A DNA stretch of 64,000 nt, taken from Camelus dromedarius (lineage: Eukaryota). The notes beneath the pieces are model-generated. The model saw only the letters and a program-made list of their open reading frames with translations. It was not told the origin of the DNA and did no database searches. The translations under genes were made by a program, and so were the position numbers. Shown here piece by piece: positions 58,201 to 64,000 of the stretch (positions are counted from its first letter, which is position 1; the number at the start of each line of letters is the position of its first letter). The stretch is taken from contig NC_087436.1 in NCBI RefSeq assembly GCF_036321535.1, positions 94,738,001 through 94,802,000 on the forward strand. Direction: 5' to 3'.

Positions 58201-61200
58201 GACACAGGAACGGCTTGAAAGAATCCCATTGGCCAAATCTGAGATAATTTGAGCATCAAAAGTGCAATGAAACAATGACAATTAAAACACATGGAATTTA
58301 AAATAATTCACCTAATACAGATAGAAGGAATGATATAATTAGAAATTCACCATTTTGCAATCTACACAGTAATAATTCAGGCAAGGTTTATGAATCAATG
58401 TTAAGACTATTGGTTGAATGTTGCTGGGGAACAAGATATTTATATGGTCTCAAAGTACTATTATCAGATTAATTCTTAATTACAAATGGAAAAGGTACCT
58501 TTCAGTTAAGAGATCTGAAAAACACCACCTTAACCAAGAAATCTGGTGACTACAGCTTCAACTAATGTCTTCAGTAATGAAACAAACTGACTTCATGTGC
58601 CTCCTAATGTGATGTATTGGGAAATACACATCATATATGTAACATTATTTCCAGAAATGATTAACTGAATCTAATAAAGAAACAGAAATCCATAAGATAC
58701 TCTACAAGCAACTGGCCTGAACTTTTCAAAAATGTCAATACCATGACGTTGGGGGATTGCTCTGAATTAAAGGAGGATAAAGATTTACAAAAAATCAATG
58801 TGTGTTCCTTGTTTGTGATTAAAAGAACATTTACTAAGTCTATAAAGGACATTTTGGGAACATTTAGGAAAACTTGAATATGAATTGTATGTTAAATGAT
58901 ATTAAATCAATATTAAATTTCCCGAGTCTAATAATACATAATGAAATAGGAGAATGTCCTTGTTCTTAGGAGATATATGCTGTAGTATTTTGGGGTGAAG
59001 AGTAATGATGTCTGTAGCCTTTTAATGGTTCATAAATGGAGATACAGAGAGAAAGCAAACATGGCAACATGTTAACATTCGGCCAATCTTGATGAAGGGA
59101 TTATAGGTGTTTATTGACTAGTTTGAAATTTTTTGAAACAAAGTGTTGGAGAAAAAGGTTGAGGGAAATAAGATGTGTGTGTGGGTAAGCATAGTAAAAA
59201 GTGTTATTTTCATTTTGTCAGTCTTCCTATAGAAGGCATCTAGTCTTTTGACTACCCAGCATCTGCTCGTACATCCTCTGGCTGATTTTTCAAACACACT
59301 CTAATTTTTTTTCACAAACCATTCATCCTCACTCTTGGTCCAAGTTCAAGGGATGCTGACTCCTTGCTGAGCTCCAGGTATGAGCATGAAACCCAGACCT
59401 GGCTGATCACAGAATTATTTTCCCTGACACAAGTGATCAGCTCTTGCTCTTAGGAGAAGGAATAGGGTCCTCAGAGGGTGCAGACATTTACAGTGTCAGT
59501 TACAGGGAAACAGATGGGTCTTCAGATGAAGTAGAAACTTGCTGGCTGGGTCATGTACAGGCAAGAACTCTTGTCTGTCCTGGGATCTCTCTTTGCTGGT
59601 TCTGGAGTTTTGGAAAATATAAACCTACTTGAAATGGTAGGGAAAAGATGGCCTGCCTGGGCCATGTAGAGAAGGAGATAGACCCTGGGTAAGTAGGTGG
59701 CTCTCTAGGGGGCACAAACTGAAGGCAAGTCACTATGTTTATAATACTCTCTCTATTTTTTCCCCTTTTATCATCTCTGAGCTTTTACTAAAGTTATGTT
59801 TAAATATCAGCAGGGGTTGAGATTCATAACCTGTGAACTTTGCTTACTCATGGTTTGGGTTCTTTTGTCTGGTCCCATGCCTTGCACATCTTGCTTTTCC
59901 ATATGCCTCTAGAATACAATCAATGGTGTGGTATTGTACGGTATTACAGCGTAATGGTCAGAAGACAGGCAGATACGAGTGACCTGGACAAGGTATGTAA
60001 CCTTCCTAAACTTCAGTTTCTTTGTCTATAAAATGAAGGTTTGAAGATTAATTAGACGGAATGCATATATACAGAGCTGTTAAGTGCCTGGCACATAGTA
60101 GGAGTTTCAAAAATAGTTATTATTTTGGAAAGAGCACTGCGCATCTGGGGGTTTGAGGGTTGTCTGCAATAGTTCTACCACTATTTGTGTTGCCTTGGGC
60201 AAGTCACTTAGGTCTCAGTGATTAATTAATGGGTCTTGCTTTCTTCCTCTATAAAATGAAGGATTTGGAATAAGAGGTCTCTAAGGGCTCCCTTGGCTCT
60301 AAAAGTTGACCTTATTCATTCACTGTGCACTGAGCACCTGCCACGTGCCTGATACTGCTCTAGTAAGGCAGATAGCAGGCAGCAAAGCCTCAAACATCTC
60401 TTGCAGAGAAAGTCTACATTCTAGTAGGGGAAGATAGGTGATCACTAAGAAAAAATATAAAGTGGTTACCAGGGGCTGGGGGGTAGGGGAAATGGGGAGA
60501 AACTAGCTAAAGGACGGTCTACTGTGCAGCATAGTAACTATAGCTAGTAGTATTGTATCATACACTTGAAAGTTACTAAGAGAGTAGATCTTAAATATTC
60601 TCACCACAAAAAAGAAATGGGAATCACATGTGATGGTATGGAAGTGATAGTTCATGCCATAGTGGTAATGATTTCACAATAATATAAACATCAAATCGAC
60701 ACACTGTACACCTCAAATTTACACAACATTGTATGTCAATTATACCTCAATAAAGCTGGAGGAAAAAAAGAAAAATGTGTGAAGTACATAGTGTATTAGA
60801 GAGTGAGGAATGCTGTGCAGTAAAAGCAAGCAGGAAAGGGGAATGAGAGGTGTTGGTGTAGGGTTATGCCTTTTGGAGTGGAGGGAAGCCTTACTGAGGA
60901 GGTGACACTTGAGGAAACAACTGAAAGTGAAGAACGACACAAGTTGGAAGGCCCAACTGGGGTACGGAGACCCAAATTTAGCAAATGACAGGAATCACTT
61001 AAATAAAAGGCCATTAACAATTTGCTTTTGGCAAAACAAAAATCTATAAAGTTTTTTCCCTGTAATTTTGACGCTGCTAACAAATGCCTCTCATGAAAAT
61101 GACTGTACATTCCTGCTAGACTGGATGCTTCTCAGGGGCAGTGTGAGTCAGCACATGAAAGGCTCTCAGTAGGCATCAAATCTTTTCTTCTTCCTCCCCC

Positions 61201-63855
61201 TTTCTCCAACATCCCCCATAACCTCCAAATAATCATGGTCTTTGATATTGTCCAACAGCTATGCTTTAGATTTCATTGAGTAGAATGAAATAAAATATTG
61301 TGTACTCTTTGCTCTGCTTTGTGGTTAATTTGTAAGTAGCCACTTACCTTAAGGACAGATTCGGTGACGCCCCAGGAGAAGTCGCAGGGGAACTGGCCCT
61401 GTACATCTGGTGTGGACTCTTTTAAAGTGAACCCGTTGTCTTGTATGATCTGTCTGTAGTAATGTGCTGACGACTTGGGCTTCCTTTCTTTTTGTTGACT
61501 ATTAAAATCCACATAAAATAATCCTCGGCGAGTGGTGTAGGCATCCTGCCATTCAAAGCCATCCAGGAGGGACCAGGCAGTGTAACCAAACACTCGTATT
61601 TCATCAAACTTTATTGCTGTACAGAAGGAAAAAAGCAGAGGTGTTCAGAGGCCTAACCACCGGTTTGTGTTCAGGACTTGCCTAATGATGTGCCAGGGGA
61701 AGCATATTGTGAAAATACCCTTTTCCCTAATTTGTAGGCCTATTATATGAGATAGAAAAATTCATGTTTCTATTTGAAAAGTGTCAGTTATTTTTATCTA
61801 GAATGGTCCTCCCAAATCAATGACACAGGTAAAGGATCAAATTTTAAATATTCCTGAGACATAGTGTGCAAGTCTGTGTCCGGGGGCATAGTAATTTCCA
61901 GAACCCTTTGGGACCAATGCCACTGCCAGCTCATGACCAAGAGTTTCTCAAGCTTGGATTGGTTCCCATTTTGGGACAAACTATCTTCTATGAAACAATC
62001 CTCCAAGGACTGAAACATCAGCTTTGAGAATTAACATATGTGGATGTAGATTTAAGGAGGAGACAGAAGCACCAAGAACAAGAACTGACTGGGTGGAGGG
62101 GGAGGAGGTGAGAGGGTTTGCTCCACTATGCTCCAGGGAGGGTGCACTTGGGCAAGTTTCGTGACCTCAGTTTCCTCACTTGCAAATAGAAAAGACTGGA
62201 AAAGATGATCTCTCAGGAACTTCCTAGCTTTAGAACTCTGATTCAATAACATCCGGGAATTAGGTAAAAATGAAATAGGCAATAAAAACAACACATACCC
62301 AGATCAATCATGAACCATTTTTTCTTTGCTTAAAAGCTTTCATTTTTCTCATAGAAATTCCTCATTTCTGCATTTAGGGGGTTTTATCACTGACATCCTT
62401 TTCCTAAAAGATGGAAAATCCATGCCAAGAGATTTCAGTGAGATAAGTATGTTTCAGCAGGCCCTGGTTCTAGTCCATTTGGTGCTGTAGGAGAGGTGGA
62501 ATGATGATACCCCTCTGCCCAAGTGCATGGCGTTTGGCCCAGGCCCTGTAGGCAGAGGTCTCTGTTCTGGAGGCCCCCTTGTGCACGTGCCCCCTGGCTG
62601 GGCATGGCCTTGTTCCAGGTGCTCCTTTTGTGGATTGGGGCAACAGGATCTTGCTCTCCTTGGGGCACCTCCCTGAACACTCTCTCCTGCAGAACCTAGG
62701 ATTTTTCTCCAAGCTTGTGACTTTCAAAGAGAGCTACAGTGTTGTAGAAAGATCTACCGAGAATTCCTTTATGTTTGAGTGAAATGGAACCCAGCTCTGT
62801 AGGGGACAGTATCATCCTAATTTGAGCTTGTCCTCTGCTCCATTATTTCAGTCAGCCATCTGCAGATGTCACTACCTGAGTAATGGAAAAGGAATGCAGG
62901 GATAAGCAGGAGTTAGAGAAATATCCAAGAGCAACAAAAATTGCCCAGCTTTGCCATTCATGGCCATTCTTTGTCTTTAGACGTTTTTGTCATTTCAGTC
63001 ATGTAGTAGAGTGAAAGGAGCACAATTTCAAGAAAAGCTCTCAGCATCTTAGACTAAAGTACTGTCGTTAAGAGAGCTTTATATGTGTCTGTCTCAGCAG
63101 TTATGTCCTTTTTAAAGGAATGAAACAGCATCTTATTGCCAATTAAGGATGTATCTACAGTCTAAAATTATTTTGTTTTCAAACTTCTATCTAAAAAGGA
63201 CAGAGAAACATTAAAAAATTTCTGTCCACATTGGACCATACAAAAGTCCAACAACAACAATAATTGTATATTCAATCAACTTCAAGTATCCTATAGCCTA
63301 AGGATTCCAAACAATTTTTAAAACTGAGCTAATGTGCAACTAACCTTGAAGAATCTGGTTGAGGAAGTTCTTCATCATATAGATGGCTGTGGTATCTTCT
63401 GTTTTCACATGATTGTCCGTAAACCAGCCATTCTCAGTAATCAGGATTCGGGGATTGCCATATTCCAGTTTAATCCAGTTCAGCACTTCTCTTAAATTGA
63501 GTGACACATTTTGTCCTATTTTAGCCATGGTGTTCTGGGGCTTGAAATTGTTGGGTCCAAAGGAAAAGGCAAAGAAGTCAGCTGTGCCTCTCACCTCATT
63601 CTGCTCTGCTTCAGAGAAAAGGGGTAGAATGGAGAGCAACTTCTTTTTCATCACCTCTGGGTAGTCGCCATCCCCGTGGATAGGGTTGGCAAACCACCCG
63701 AGCACAGAAACCATGGATTGCTGGCACTTGATTATATCCATTGTGTTTTCTGATCTGTTTGGCTCAATCCAATGGGAACCCAATGTGATCGATAACCAAC
63801 CTTTCTGATGTGGGCGGAAATTTCTGTTGTAGTTATGCCAAACTTTTGAATGAGC
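52208..63855 (-). CDS. KLB: beta-Klotho, 5'-partial (exons 2-5); complement join(63345..63855,61348..61616,55322..56462,52208..52596)
   Basis: Two GH1-like domains: KL1 with ITENGW; KL2 with WITINEPN and the nucleophile-less YITASGI. Then a TM helix ([21 protein letters not shown]) and a basic cytoplasmic tail. Exon sizes 511/269/1141/389 with consistent phases; exon 1 lies beyond 64000. Confidence 0.97.
53435..53525 (-). mobile_element. tRNA-derived SINE (short Vic-1-like) nested in an L2 relic
   Basis: tRNA head with A and B boxes; imperfect TSD acttctggatat / acctctgaatat. Confidence 0.8.
54390..54452 (-). mobile_element. Extremely 5'-truncated L1 (40 nt + A23) with TSD
   Basis: T23 + aagtatagtcagttacaatgtgtcaatttctggtgtacag, flanked by tct(g/a)accactct at 54378..54389 and 54453..54464. 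Confidence 0.8.
58270..59140 (+). mobile_element. Old L1MC/L1ME-like 3'UTR relic
   Basis: Motifs such as taggagaatgtccttgttcttaggagatatatgctg and gagaaagcaaacatggcaacatgttaac. Confidence 0.55.
59975..60310. mobile_element. MIR fragments (others at ~18140..18290 and ~25280..25440)
   Basis: MIR core text gccttgggcaagtcactta...tttcttcctctataaaatgaagg. Confidence 0.55.
60461..60770 (+). mobile_element. L1MA/MB-like 3' end
   Basis: gtggttaccaggggctgg...gagagtagatcttaaatattctcaccac...gtcaattatacctcaataaagctgg followed by an A-rich tail. Confidence 0.75.
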
Positions 63856-64000
63856 CTAATAAAAAGAAAACATTATTAATCGTTATTGTCCTTATACACA
63901 GGGTTGTGAGTTGGCTGGTAGAAGGTTTTTTCATGGACAAATTAATGAAGCAAAGGATGATGTAGGGGAAAGCTGCCAGGGAACCCTGATGACCTCAAAG

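Overview
Mammalian genomic DNA, not prokaryotic. Five copies of a tRNA-derived SINE resembling camelid Vic-1 point to a camel, alpaca or vicuna. The window holds the conserved UGDH-LIAS-RPL9-KLB block. UGDH (+) is complete: 11 coding exons, 494 aa, with a CpG-island promoter. LIAS (-) is complete: 11 exons, 372 aa. It shares a ~0.2 kb bidirectional promoter with RPL9 (+, 192 aa, 5'TOP, intron in the 3'UTR). KLB/beta-Klotho (-) is present as exons 2-5; exon 1 lies beyond the window. All coding exon boundaries were read by hand and are GT-AG with consistent phases. The rest is intron and intergenic sequence with SINE, LINE, LTR and DNA-transposon relics. I found no new gene system. The most notable observations are: an in-frame loss of one codon in KLB exon 4 at the position of human Phe777; a full-length U6/L1 chimeric retrocopy with TSDs in UGDH intron 2; a perfect 17-nt inverted templated insertion in the presumed KLB 3'UTR; and a Gly185Ala change in RPL9. 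Comparisons with human proteins and repeat-family names are from memory and need alignment or RepeatMasker confirmation.
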